A stretch of DNA of 54,838 bases from a virus. Lineage: Duplodnaviria > Caudoviricetes. The stretch is from positions 1 to 54,838 of the IMG/VR virus record IMGVR_UViG_3300032285_003295; one strand, given 5' to 3'. The notes under the pieces were generated by a model that was not told the origin of the DNA, ran no database searches, and worked only from the letters and a program-made list of their open reading frames with translations. The position numbers were made by a program, and so were the translations under genes. Positions 17,930 through 27,038 of the stretch are shown piece after piece (the first letter of the stretch is position 1; each line of letters opens with the position of its first letter).

Positions 17930-18970
17930 TTGAATAAAATCTACAAATCCCTCAGAAACTTCGGGGGTAAAAAATTTAAACAGTTTAAAGACATAAAGAT
18001 CTTAGTGATAGGCGATGTTATGCTAGATCATTATGTCTATGGATCTGTAACAAGAATATCACCAGAGGCTCCGGTTCCTGTTGTTTTAAAGAGTGATGAC
18101 AAATTTTATCTAGGAGGAGCAGGTAACGTGTTCTCTAATATAATATCACTTGGTGGAGATTCCAATTTATTATCTGTAGTTGGGGAGGATTCTAACGGAG
18201 AGACGATTCATTCTCTTATTAAAAATCAGATTAGCGATAAACGAGATTTACTTTTCAGAACAACAACTAGAAAAACAACTACAAAAACGAGAATTATGTC
18301 GGGTCATCATCAGATGCTTAGAATAGATGATGAAACCACAGATCCAATAGAATGTGAAATTGAATCTGGTGTAATATCCGAAATAGATGCTATCATATCC
18401 CAATATGACTGTGTTATTCTTGAGGATTACAATAAAGGATTTTTAACCCCTTTAGTTATAAAGCACGCAATAGAAAAATGTAGGTCACTTTCAATCCCTG
18501 TTATAGTTGATCCTAAAAAGAATAATATAGAATACTATGCTGGGGCAACTATAATAAAACCCAATTTTTCTGAGTTCTGTTCTTTAGTTCAAAAGAGCAT
18601 AGATCCTTCTGATTTTAAATCAATAACAAAATGTGCGAATGAATTTAGAAAAAAATTCAATATCGAAGCCCTTGTAATCACAATGTCTGAAAATGGAATA
18701 TATTTTTCAAGCGATGATATTGACATGCATAGCGAAGGTTTTAAGATTAATGTATCCGATGTATCGGGTGCAGGAGATACTGTTTTAGCAATACTTTCTC
18801 TTTGTTATACAGCTAACACACCAATAGAGAGTATGCTTGAAATCTGTAATCTTGCAGGTTCTATAGCTTGCAGTAAAATAGGTGCGGTCTCTGTCACTTT
18901 AGATGAAATTATAAATCATCCTGTTATGGTCGAAAAAACAAATCCGATAAAAAGATTTATAACCTATTGA
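17930..18970 (+). CDS. rfaE1: D-glycero-D-manno-heptose-7-phosphate kinase (RfaE/HldE kinase domain, PfkB family)
   Basis: ILVIGDVMLDHY.YG...RISPEAPVPV, GGAGNV, DYNKG, VDPK, DVSGAGDTV; no adenylyltransferase domain; TTG start. Confidence 0.9.
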   Translation: MNKIYKSLRNFGGKKFKQFKDIKILVIGDVMLDHYVYGSVTRISPEAPVPVVLKSDDKFYLGGAGNVFSNIISLGGDSNLLSVVGEDSNGETIHSLIKNQISDKRDLLFRTTTRKTTTKTRIMSGHHQMLRIDDETTDPIECEIESGVISEIDAIISQYDCVILEDYNKGFLTPLVIKHAIEKCRSLSIPVIVDPKKNNIEYYAGATIIKPNFSEFCSLVQKSIDPSDFKSITKCANEFRKKFNIEALVITMSENGIYFSSDDIDMHSEGFKINVSDVSGAGDTVLAILSLCYTANTPIESMLEICNLAGSIACSKIGAVSVTLDEIINHPVMVEKTNPIKRFITY

Positions 18971-18980
18971 TTTTTAATCT

Positions 18981-19002
18981 CCGTATTTTTTGTTTATCTT
19001 TG
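18981..19002 (+). promoter_or_regulatory. Early/host-type promoter CCGTA-N9-TATCTTTG
   Basis: Bacteroidota TAnnTTTG with the same upstream CCGTA spacing as at 4778. Confidence 0.65.
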
Positions 19003-19017
19003 TAAAAATAAAGATAA

Positions 19018-20349
19018 ATGATTCAAGAAATTAAAATCCTAAAAAAACTAGAAGATCTAACGGGAGAAGGGTCTCAAAAATCAAAACAGAATCTAATCAA
19101 AGATTCTCTAACTCCGTGCATGGAGTATATCCTTGATATTTGTTTTAATCCCTTCGTTACAACAAAACTCCACAAAATAAATTTCAAAGAATCTCCGGAT
19201 CCCCAAAATCCTGATCTTTGGAAGGACTTCCAAAATTTAATTGAAGATTTAAAAAAAGCCCCAGCAGCAAATGATTTTTTGAGAGGAAGAGGGGAGAAGC
19301 TTATCTCAAGCCGTTTATCGGAAGATACTGCAGAGGATACTGAGCTAAGGAAATTTTTAATGAAAATCCTGACCAAGAGAATGAATATCGGAATAGGAGC
19401 AAAATTAATTAATAAAGCAATAGGTAAAGAATTGATCCCCGATCCGTCTTTAATGCTTGCAACAGATGACCATGAGACTATAGAGAAATGGAATAAAATC
19501 TACTGCGAGGAAAAATATGACGGAGTGAGGGTGATAGCTCTTTATAAAAACGGAGAATTCTCATACTTTACAAGAGCTTTCAATGAATTGGATGCAACTT
19601 GCTTCCCAAAAATTACCTTCGACCTTAAGACATGCATGATTAACAGCGGATTAAAAGGTGATTGGTTTTTTGATGGTGAATTAACCGATCTAAACCGTAA
19701 ATCAGTAAGCGGAAAGGTTACCCAGATCTTAAAAGGTAAAGTTGATGAGAAGATAGAATCAGGAATGCTATTTAATGTTTTTGATTTCGAGGAAGCCGCT
19801 ACCTTAGATAGAGGTGTTGGTGTTCTTGATTATGTAACAAGAAGACACACATTGGAAAAAGTGCTAAGTCCAATATCAGCAGATTCACCGGTTAAGCTTG
19901 CTCAAATGTGGGAACTTTCAGATGCTTCTGAGGTTCCAAGCATATACAAGAAATTAGTAGAAGTGGGCGGGGAAGGAGTTATATGTAAAGATAATGCTTT
20001 CTATGAGTGTAAAAGATCTAAATCTTGGGTTAAGTTTAAAGAGGTTAGCGATTGTGATTTGGAAATAGTTGGATGGTACCCGGGTGAGGGTAAGAGGGAA
20101 GGCTTTATAGGGGGTTTTATCTGCACAGATTCTTCTAAAACTCTTAATGTAAAGATTGGTGCTGGTTTTAGTGATAATGACTTAAAAACATTAAGTGCAG
20201 ATCCTAACTCACACATAGGAAAAATAGCTGCAATACAGTATAATGTACCAATTACGGACAAACACGGGAACAGATCGCTATTTTTACCTAGATTTATAGA
20301 GGTAAGAAATGATAAGGATTCAGCGGACGATCTTTCCAAATTATTTTAA
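19018..20349 (+). CDS. ATP-dependent DNA ligase
   Basis: EEKYDGVR, FDGEL, EGVICK, WVKFK, LFLPRF. Confidence 0.95.
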   Translation: MIQEIKILKKLEDLTGEGSQKSKQNLIKDSLTPCMEYILDICFNPFVTTKLHKINFKESPDPQNPDLWKDFQNLIEDLKKAPAANDFLRGRGEKLISSRLSEDTAEDTELRKFLMKILTKRMNIGIGAKLINKAIGKELIPDPSLMLATDDHETIEKWNKIYCEEKYDGVRVIALYKNGEFSYFTRAFNELDATCFPKITFDLKTCMINSGLKGDWFFDGELTDLNRKSVSGKVTQILKGKVDEKIESGMLFNVFDFEEAATLDRGVGVLDYVTRRHTLEKVLSPISADSPVKLAQMWELSDASEVPSIYKKLVEVGGEGVICKDNAFYECKRSKSWVKFKEVSDCDLEIVGWYPGEGKREGFIGGFICTDSSKTLNVKIGAGFSDNDLKTLSADPNSHIGKIAAIQYNVPITDKHGNRSLFLPRFIEVRNDKDSADDLSKLF

Positions 20350-20377
20350 GAAACAACCTTTAAAAATATCTCTAAAA
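20350..20377 (+). promoter_or_regulatory. Middle-class promoter GAAAC-N18-TAAAA
   Basis: Between ligase stop and clamp-loader ATG 20384. Confidence 0.6.
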
Positions 20378-20383
20378 GCTATT

Positions 20384-21328
20384 ATGATACAAGAATTATT
20401 AACGGAAAAGCTAAGACCAAAAGAGCTAAAACATATGATACTCCCCTCCAGGATATCTAAGCTATTTGAATCTGGATTAAACCATAATGTTTTATTAAGT
20501 GGATCTCCAGGTTGTGGAAAAACAACACTTGCTAAAATCCTAGCATCCCCATTTCCCCATATTTTCATAAATGTTTCGGATGAGAGCTCGGTTGAAACCA
20601 TTAGGGTGAAAATAAATGATTTCTGTTCAACGATATCAGTTTTGGACGGGAAATCTTCTAAGAAGATTGTGGTTCTGGATGAGTTTGACGGTGCTTCCGA
20701 TCAGTTTTATAAAGCATTACGTGGAACCATAGAGAAATTTGCTGGAAATGCTAGATTCATTGCAACATGTAATTACATCAATAAAGTTCCGGACGCTATA
20801 CAAAGCAGATTCGAGGTTATAGATTTCAATCCTGTTAGTTCAGATGAAGAGGATTCTTTAAAGACAGAATGGAATAAGAGGGTTAATCTTATTTTAACAA
20901 AACTGAATATCCAGATTAACGAGGAAGCGTTAAATGAATTTCAAAAAGCATATTATCCAGATTTTAGATCCGCCCTGAATAAAATACAAACCTGGATGAT
21001 AGAGGGTGTTCAGCTAGTTGATTCTAATAAAATAAAAGAGCTTGGATGGTCTTATGAATCTCTCTATAATTTAATTACCACCTCGAAAGATCCTGTTAAA
21101 AACTACGAAGAAATTGCGGGGGAATATCAGGGTAAGGTTGACGAAGTTATGTCAGCTCTGGGCGATGAGTTTATTAAATGGATTATAAAGAATAAACCTG
21201 AACTAAAAAAGATAATTCCCGGTACTATAGTTCTCGTTGCTGACCACCAGTCTCAAAGAACCCAAGTTATAGATCCAATGGTATCTTTGCTTTCTTTAGT
21301 TTTTCAAATTCAAAAAATGATCGAATAG
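20384..21328 (+). CDS. Clamp loader AAA+ subunit (T4 gp44 / RFC-like)
   Basis: TEKLRPK, GSPGCGKT, VLDEFD, IATCN, IQSR, PDFR; start moved from 20309 to 20384. Confidence 0.92.
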   Translation: MIQELLTEKLRPKELKHMILPSRISKLFESGLNHNVLLSGSPGCGKTTLAKILASPFPHIFINVSDESSVETIRVKINDFCSTISVLDGKSSKKIVVLDEFDGASDQFYKALRGTIEKFAGNARFIATCNYINKVPDAIQSRFEVIDFNPVSSDEEDSLKTEWNKRVNLILTKLNIQINEEALNEFQKAYYPDFRSALNKIQTWMIEGVQLVDSNKIKELGWSYESLYNLITTSKDPVKNYEEIAGEYQGKVDEVMSALGDEFIKWIIKNKPELKKIIPGTIVLVADHQSQRTQVIDPMVSLLSLVFQIQKMIE

Positions 21329-21332
21329 TATA

Positions 21333-21851
21333 ATGTCAGCAAATTACAAAAGAATAATATTAATGGGGAAGGGTGGATCTGGCAAGGATTTTTTAAGAAA
21401 ATCTATGGTTAAATCCGGATTTAGATATTGTGCTTCCCACACAACACGTCCTATGAGAGCAGGGGAGATAAATGGGGAGGATTATTATTTTGTTAACGGC
21501 AAGGAGATCTTTATGGATGATTTCAAGGAGCACGTTTATTTTAATGGCTGGTTTTACGGAACATCAAAGGATGAGTTTAATAAGTCTAATTTATTTATAA
21601 TGACACCGTCGGGAATTAAAAAATTAGATACGAGAGACAGAAGAGAGTCTTTTGTTGTTTATCTTGATATAGACGAGGAGACAAGGAGATCCAGATTGAG
21701 CGAAAGAAGGGATGCTGATGATGTGGAGAGAAGATTATCTGCTGATGATTTGGATTTTTCTGATTTTTATGGCTATGATGTTAAAATTACAGACCCTAAT
21801 TTTAAAACAGAGTACGATTGGACAGATTTAAATTTCATAAAAAATGATTAA
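21333..21851 (+). CDS. Guanylate kinase-like NMP kinase
   Basis: GKGGSGKD, SHTTRPMRAGEINGEDYYFV, FYGT. Confidence 0.88.
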   Translation: MSANYKRIILMGKGGSGKDFLRKSMVKSGFRYCASHTTRPMRAGEINGEDYYFVNGKEIFMDDFKEHVYFNGWFYGTSKDEFNKSNLFIMTPSGIKKLDTRDRRESFVVYLDIDEETRRSRLSERRDADDVERRLSADDLDFSDFYGYDVKITDPNFKTEYDWTDLNFIKND

Positions 21852-22983
21852 TATACTAATTGATGGTAATTACATTTTCCATAAAACATTCGGGATTTTT
21901 GCAGGATATGGGAATGTCGATCCGGGGAAGATCTTAAGGGAAAAAAAAGATCAATCCGCTTTTGTTCGTAAGATCACAACAGATCTATGCTCTTCTTTAA
22001 AAATGTTACCTACTGGCGGAAGATTAATATTTACGTCAGATAGCAGAAGTTGGAGAAAGGAGGTTGAAATAGAGAATGGCGGATATAAATCAGGAAGAGT
22101 TAAGGATGAGAATGTTGACTGGTCAATATTTTTCGAACTACTCCAATCTTTGGGACATCATTTGGAAAAAATGGGATTTATTTTTTCAAAAGTGGAGGGA
22201 GCAGAGGGAGATGATTTACTTCTTTTTTGGTCTGAAAAATTTAATAAAAATAGAGAAAGCTGTATTATAATAACAGGGGATAAAGACCTTCACCAATTAG
22301 CTAGAATCGAAAATGGAGCATGGACAGGAATTTGGAGCAGTAATTCTAAAAAAAATATATTGACAGTTCCCGATAATTGGTCTTCTGAGTGGATGAATGA
22401 ACCGGAGGAGGTTAGCATATTTAATATGGGTTTTTCAATTTCTCCAGAGAAGGAAAAACTGAAATCGTTTTTGAAGAAAGTTGAGATTGAGCCGATTGAC
22501 AGCAGACCTTTCTTATTCAAAAAGATATTAATAGGGGATAAGGGAGATTCAGTCCCTAGCGTTTGGGAATTTGAATCAGCTGGGAAAATAAACAGATTCA
22601 CAGAGAAGAAAGCAGAAACTGTATATGAGCATTTTTTAAATACCGAATGGAAAGATATGTCATTTTCAGACCTCATAAAGAACGATGGTTTTTTAAATTG
22701 GATTAGTAGTTTGATTTTAAAGATCGCTAAAGGGGTGGATAGCTCTGAAAATAGAGTAAAAGCAAAATCTAATCTTTTAAGAAATTTTAAGCTTATGTGG
22801 TTAGATCCCGAGGTTATTCCAGATGGGATTAGAAGAAATTGCTATTCTGAAATCGATAGAGGATTTAAACTTGAAAGAAAATCAATTACCCTCGATAGAA
22901 TAAAAATATTAGAAGGAACAGAATGGATAACCCAGGGATACCACCCAAAAGGAATGGATCCATTTGAAAATTTATTAGGATAA
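21844..22983 (+). CDS. 5'-3' exonuclease / RNase H (T4 rnh-like)
   Basis: IDGN, SWRK, EGDD, TGDKDLHQL, IGDKGDSVP. Confidence 0.88.
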   Translation: MINILIDGNYIFHKTFGIFAGYGNVDPGKILREKKDQSAFVRKITTDLCSSLKMLPTGGRLIFTSDSRSWRKEVEIENGGYKSGRVKDENVDWSIFFELLQSLGHHLEKMGFIFSKVEGAEGDDLLLFWSEKFNKNRESCIIITGDKDLHQLARIENGAWTGIWSSNSKKNILTVPDNWSSEWMNEPEEVSIFNMGFSISPEKEKLKSFLKKVEIEPIDSRPFLFKKILIGDKGDSVPSVWEFESAGKINRFTEKKAETVYEHFLNTEWKDMSFSDLIKNDGFLNWISSLILKIAKGVDSSENRVKAKSNLLRNFKLMWLDPEVIPDGIRRNCYSEIDRGFKLERKSITLDRIKILEGTEWITQGYHPKGMDPFENLLG

Positions 22984-22984
22984 T

Positions 22985-23413
22985 ATGCAACTTTTCGATA
23001 TACTAAAACTTTTATTTTCCAATAAGCAGAAGGATTGGGATTCTGTGGGTAATAATGATAAGAACAGGAATTTCTTCATGATTAATAGGATTATGAGCAT
23101 CCAGTTTCCAGTTCAGGCCAATCAATTTAATAAATTGAAAGTTACTCCAACCCCAGTTATTGATTGGTGGCGCGATACCCTCTCTCACAGATTTAATCGA
23201 CCCCCTAAGTGGCTTTATACGAAAGCCAATAAAAAAAGCAAAGATGAAAAGAAGGAAACTAAGGATTTGGAAGAAATAGAAAATTTCATAAGAGATAAAT
23301 ATAGAGTCTCGAAAAGGGATCTCTCCGATTTAAAAAAATTCTATCCCGAAAAATACCTATCCTGGGTTAGCGATGTTTCTGAACAGATAGGTATAAAAAC
23401 TAAGAATATATAG
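22985..23413 (+). CDS. Probable clamp loader small subunit (T4 gp62-like)
   Basis: FFMINRIMS...ANQFN..., KW, IRDKYRVS pattern; same operon as gp44-like gene. Confidence 0.55.
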   Translation: MQLFDILKLLFSNKQKDWDSVGNNDKNRNFFMINRIMSIQFPVQANQFNKLKVTPTPVIDWWRDTLSHRFNRPPKWLYTKANKKSKDEKKETKDLEEIENFIRDKYRVSKRDLSDLKKFYPEKYLSWVSDVSEQIGIKTKNI

Positions 23414-23416
23414 TAA

Positions 23417-23974
23417 ATGGAAAAGAAAAATACCAAACTAATAGACAAAGTAATCTCAGGGCTGGACTGGGATTCTATATTTGAAGTTAATAAATGCTTC
23501 AAGATAGGAGTGGGTGAGGGTACAACTGCTATTGCGGGGGTGAAGAGGAAAGTTTTCAGTGACGAGTTAACCAAAGCTGATATAAAATCTGAATTGAAAG
23601 CCCTGCTTAAATATGTTATAGAGAACGATCTTGCTGAGTTATATTATGGTACTTGGATGATTTTTTGGGTTAATTCAGAGTGGATAGAGATCGAAACAGA
23701 TTCGGATGACCCTGAGAATGATCCCGATAAGGAGGTTCAAATTTCATTAGAAATAGATTCTACATTAGAGGTAATCTACTCGCCCCAAAGAATATGTGTT
23801 GTCGGAGGTGCAGGTAGTAATCCAAAAGATTCAAATAGTGCTAACGAAGACTCTGACATTAATCGTCTAGAATCTATGCTCAAAAAAGCACTAGACTCGG
23901 AAAAATACGAGTTAGCATCAAAAATAAGAGATATCCTCCGTCTACAAAAAGGGGACCCCTCAGAGGATAAATAG
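23417..23974 (+). CDS. Hypothetical protein with C-terminal UVR (UvrB/C) motif
   Basis: LESMLKKALDSEKYELASKIRD. Confidence 0.7.
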   Translation: MEKKNTKLIDKVISGLDWDSIFEVNKCFKIGVGEGTTAIAGVKRKVFSDELTKADIKSELKALLKYVIENDLAELYYGTWMIFWVNSEWIEIETDSDDPENDPDKEVQISLEIDSTLEVIYSPQRICVVGGAGSNPKDSNSANEDSDINRLESMLKKALDSEKYELASKIRDILRLQKGDPSEDK

Positions 23975-23978
23975 ATCG

Positions 23979-24461
23979 ATGAAGCACATTAAAACCCTAA
24001 ACGAGTATTTTGACACTGGCATCTTCGGTGATACCTATGGATACGGAGGAGCCAATGGCGTCCTTAAAATAAACTACAAGCCTTTTAGTGACCTATCGGT
24101 TTCTGTGGGACAAGACCCTAATCTAGAAACAACCGTAAAGGGATCAGAGTTTCAATTAGGAGATGTTGTTATAGCTGCCCCTTTAGATTCTAAAGAAAAA
24201 GTAATCGGTGTCGTTGTTAGAGCTTTTAGAGAGCCAGACAATAAGCAGTATAGATATTTTATTCAAGTTTACAATAAAGGAAAGAAAACAGAGAGGGTTA
24301 TAGAGGTTAAAGGCGACTCTATTGAATTTGCAGAGGGTGGAGATCATGGAAACATGGAAACAAAAGCTAAAGCTAAATTCAATCAAACCCCTGATGATTC
24401 TTATAATTCTAAGACAGTTTACAACGCTTCAGAACTTGGCCTAGAAACAACAGGAGGCTAA
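23979..24461 (+). CDS. Putative capsid-internal protein (SH3-like core)
   Basis: MKHIKTLNEY N-terminal motif; GATAAATA at 23966-23973. Confidence 0.6.
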   Translation: MKHIKTLNEYFDTGIFGDTYGYGGANGVLKINYKPFSDLSVSVGQDPNLETTVKGSEFQLGDVVIAAPLDSKEKVIGVVVRAFREPDNKQYRYFIQVYNKGKKTERVIEVKGDSIEFAEGGDHGNMETKAKAKFNQTPDDSYNSKTVYNASELGLETTGG

Positions 24462-24467
24462 TACCTC

Positions 24468-24494
24468 GGAACATTTTATTCCTTGAAGCTAAAA
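24468..24494 (+). promoter_or_regulatory. Middle-class promoter variant GGAAC-N17-TAAAA
   Basis: Intergenic, upstream of ATG 24509; spacer 1 nt shorter. Confidence 0.45.
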
Positions 24495-24508
24495 TAAAAA
24501 AAGGAATA

Positions 24509-25414
24509 ATGCTTTTCGGTCACAATCCCCCAGAAATAACGTATTTAGGACTACCCAATGAGGTGGTTTCAAAAGGAAAGATCGAGATTAATTCCTATAT
24601 TGATCTTATCACTATTTTTGTGGATACCTGCAAATTTAATTTACCCTTAGATATAAAGACAGTTTGTATAGACACTTCAGAACTGACATTCACCCCTAAT
24701 TTTTTTAAAACTAAGATAGAAGAAGAATCTCCTGAAGCATCTAGTTTGATTTATGAAGCAAATCAAATGATAGCTAAAAACGGAATTAGAATTTGTGTCT
24801 TTATAGGAAAGGATTATTTTTTAGGTAGCCAATTAGAGGATGTAAAAAATTCATCGGTCTCGCTTCTCGATTCTATTTCGGGAGTTCTAGATGCTCTTGG
24901 AATTAATTATCCTTCTATTATGGTGAGAATTGGATCGGCATATGGAAACAGAAAGAACACAATGTCTGAATTTTGTAAAAGACTTAAACTTCTTGACCCT
25001 TCTACTGTTTCTAAATTGTGTGTTGTTAACGACGATAAACCTAGCTTATTTTCTATTACAGATCTTTTAACCGGTGTTTATTATAAATCTGGGATTCCTA
25101 TATCTTTTAGATTACTTCCTCATCAATTTAACGATGGTGGTTTATCAATTAGAGAAGCCTTATTTCTGTCTTGTTCTAGCTGGACTAATGGTAAAAAGCC
25201 TATATTTTTCTATTCAGAATCTAAAGAATATGATCCAAATGGTATACCCTTGACCTCACAGCCCTCTGATTATCTAACCAGAAGGATACCAACATTTGGC
25301 TTATATGCTGACGTTGTTATAGAATCTCCATGCAAAGAAGACGTTTGTCTTAAATATCGGATGGATTATAAATCTCTTCCCCCTATAGTGATAAACAGAA
25401 TAGGTCAGAAGTAA
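24509..25414 (+). CDS. UV-damage endonuclease (UvsE)-like TIM-barrel protein, catalytic motifs degenerate
   Basis: IG.AYG.RK....F..R, NDDKPSLFS..DL, IPI.F, SSW...KP.F.YSES, DVVIE...KE layout. Confidence 0.7.
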   Translation: MLFGHNPPEITYLGLPNEVVSKGKIEINSYIDLITIFVDTCKFNLPLDIKTVCIDTSELTFTPNFFKTKIEEESPEASSLIYEANQMIAKNGIRICVFIGKDYFLGSQLEDVKNSSVSLLDSISGVLDALGINYPSIMVRIGSAYGNRKNTMSEFCKRLKLLDPSTVSKLCVVNDDKPSLFSITDLLTGVYYKSGIPISFRLLPHQFNDGGLSIREALFLSCSSWTNGKKPIFFYSESKEYDPNGIPLTSQPSDYLTRRIPTFGLYADVVIESPCKEDVCLKYRMDYKSLPPIVINRIGQK

Positions 25415-25424
25415 TTTTTTTATT

Positions 25425-25446
25425 CCGTAATTTTATTTTATTTTTA
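25425..25446 (+). promoter_or_regulatory. Early/host-type promoter variant CCGTA-N9-TATTTTTA
   Basis: Same layout as 4778 and 18981 with the last base G>A. Confidence 0.5.
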
Positions 25447-25459
25447 TAAAAAATTAAGA

Positions 25460-26167
25460 ATGTTTAATAAAGAAGAAGTACAGAAGTATTTATATTTTGA
25501 TGTGGAAACTGCTTGTTCTTACCGCTCTCTTTCAGAGTTAAAGGCAGCTGATGAAAGATTATATCACTTGTGGAAGAAAAGGGAGCTTTACTATAAGGGT
25601 GCTTACGAAGAAATGAAAAGCGCATCGGAGGATGAGATCTATTTAGCTAAAGCTGGTCTGGAGCCAGAATTTTCAAGAATAGTTTGCGTTTCATTTGGTT
25701 CTTTTACTGAATCGGGAGAAAAAAGATTTATCTCTTTTTACGGTGATGACGAATCTGATATCTTAAACAAATCATTCAAAGTTTTATCTAATGCTGCTTC
25801 GAAGAACTGGAAACTTTGTGGCCATAACATAAAAGGATTTGATGTCCCTTGCTTAGGTAAAAGAATGATCTATAATGGCATATCACTACCTTCAAATCTA
25901 AATATTTGGAACAAAAAACCATGGGATCTCCCATATATGGACACATCTGAAATATTTGCTTTTGGTAGTTGGATTCAACAAAAATATCTAAGTCTTGATC
26001 TTTTATCCTGCTCCCTTGGTATACAATCTCCCAAGGAGAGTATGGATGGATCATTAGTTACCTCGGCTTATTGGGATAATAAAGATTATGATGGGATAAA
26101 AGAATATTGTGAAGCTGATGTCGATACGGTGATGTCTATTATGTCTAAAATGTGTTTTAGTAGCTAA
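25460..26167 (+). CDS. 3'-5' exonuclease (DEDDy, PolB-exo-like)
   Basis: YFDVET, HNIKGFD, YCEADV. Confidence 0.88.
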   Translation: MFNKEEVQKYLYFDVETACSYRSLSELKAADERLYHLWKKRELYYKGAYEEMKSASEDEIYLAKAGLEPEFSRIVCVSFGSFTESGEKRFISFYGDDESDILNKSFKVLSNAASKNWKLCGHNIKGFDVPCLGKRMIYNGISLPSNLNIWNKKPWDLPYMDTSEIFAFGSWIQQKYLSLDLLSCSLGIQSPKESMDGSLVTSAYWDNKDYDGIKEYCEADVDTVMSIMSKMCFSS

Positions 26168-26191
26168 TTAACAAGTTCTAACAATATAACT

Positions 26192-26228
26192 AAAGCTTTT
26201 CTTTGATATATAAAGAAAAGCTTTTTTT
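26192..26228 (+). terminator. Terminator hairpin with late promoter GATATATA (26205-26212) in its loop
   Basis: AAAGCTTTTCTTT-GATATAT-AAAGAAAAGCTTT-TTTT, perfect 13-bp stem. Confidence 0.7.
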
Positions 26229-27035
26229 GTGGGCATAGTTTTACCTTATTCTGAGTATTTTAACCCGAGTCAGCCTTTAAATGAGGCCCAAATAGGACCT
26301 TTCTATAACGAGGAGCTATCTCCAATTTTCTGGACTAAGAAAATAAAAGACGGCAAGGAAACGTGGGTTTTTGATGAGAGAGTGAGAAAGAAGCTTCTCA
26401 GAATAGCTGATGACTTCTTTTCCAAGTTTGATGATATACTGAAGGAAAAAAATCTGATTGACGTTCAGCTCACAGGTTCTCTAGCTAATTTCAACTATAC
26501 CCCATTATCAGATCTTGATGTCCATTTAATAGTTAATCTTGATGGTGTGGATGACGACAACCCTAAGATTCTTAAAAGTGCTTTGGACGGTATAAGATTC
26601 ATCTGGAATCTGAGACACAATATAAGAATAAGGGGATATGACGTTGAGCTTTATATACAAGACAGAAAAGAACCACATTCAGCTTCTGGTCTATTCTCCC
26701 TGATGAACAACGAATGGATAAAATCTCCAGTCTTCGATCCTCCTGAAATTGATGAGAATGACGTGAATAAAAAAGCAGAGTCTCTATCATACGAAATAGA
26801 AGAACTTCACACTAGGTTATTAACATCAAGTCTTCCATCGAATGCTAAAGCCCTGTATAAAAGGTGTGTCTCCTTAAAGGAGAAGATCCAAAAAATGAGA
26901 AAGGAATCCCTATCAAAAGGTGGTGAATTCTCTGTTGGTAATCTTGCCTTTAAAAAGCTTAGAAATGAAGGATATATAGAAAAGCTGATAGATACAGCTT
27001 CTGAATCTTACGATAAAATTTATAACGAACAATAA
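26229..27035 (+). CDS. Pol-beta-family nucleotidyltransferase
   Basis: LTGSLANFNY...SDLDVH and downstream DVELY; GTG start; N-terminal ...YSEYF...LNE peptide. Confidence 0.8.
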   Translation: MGIVLPYSEYFNPSQPLNEAQIGPFYNEELSPIFWTKKIKDGKETWVFDERVRKKLLRIADDFFSKFDDILKEKNLIDVQLTGSLANFNYTPLSDLDVHLIVNLDGVDDDNPKILKSALDGIRFIWNLRHNIRIRGYDVELYIQDRKEPHSASGLFSLMNNEWIKSPVFDPPEIDENDVNKKAESLSYEIEELHTRLLTSSLPSNAKALYKRCVSLKEKIQKMRKESLSKGGEFSVGNLAFKKLRNEGYIEKLIDTASESYDKIYNEQ

Positions 27036-27038
27036 GAT

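Noticed and set aside
20309-20383. N-terminal extensions in the track for 20309, 10268, 35693, 43090 and 43110
   Set aside because: They overlap upstream genes or promoter motifs; downstream ATGs fit better
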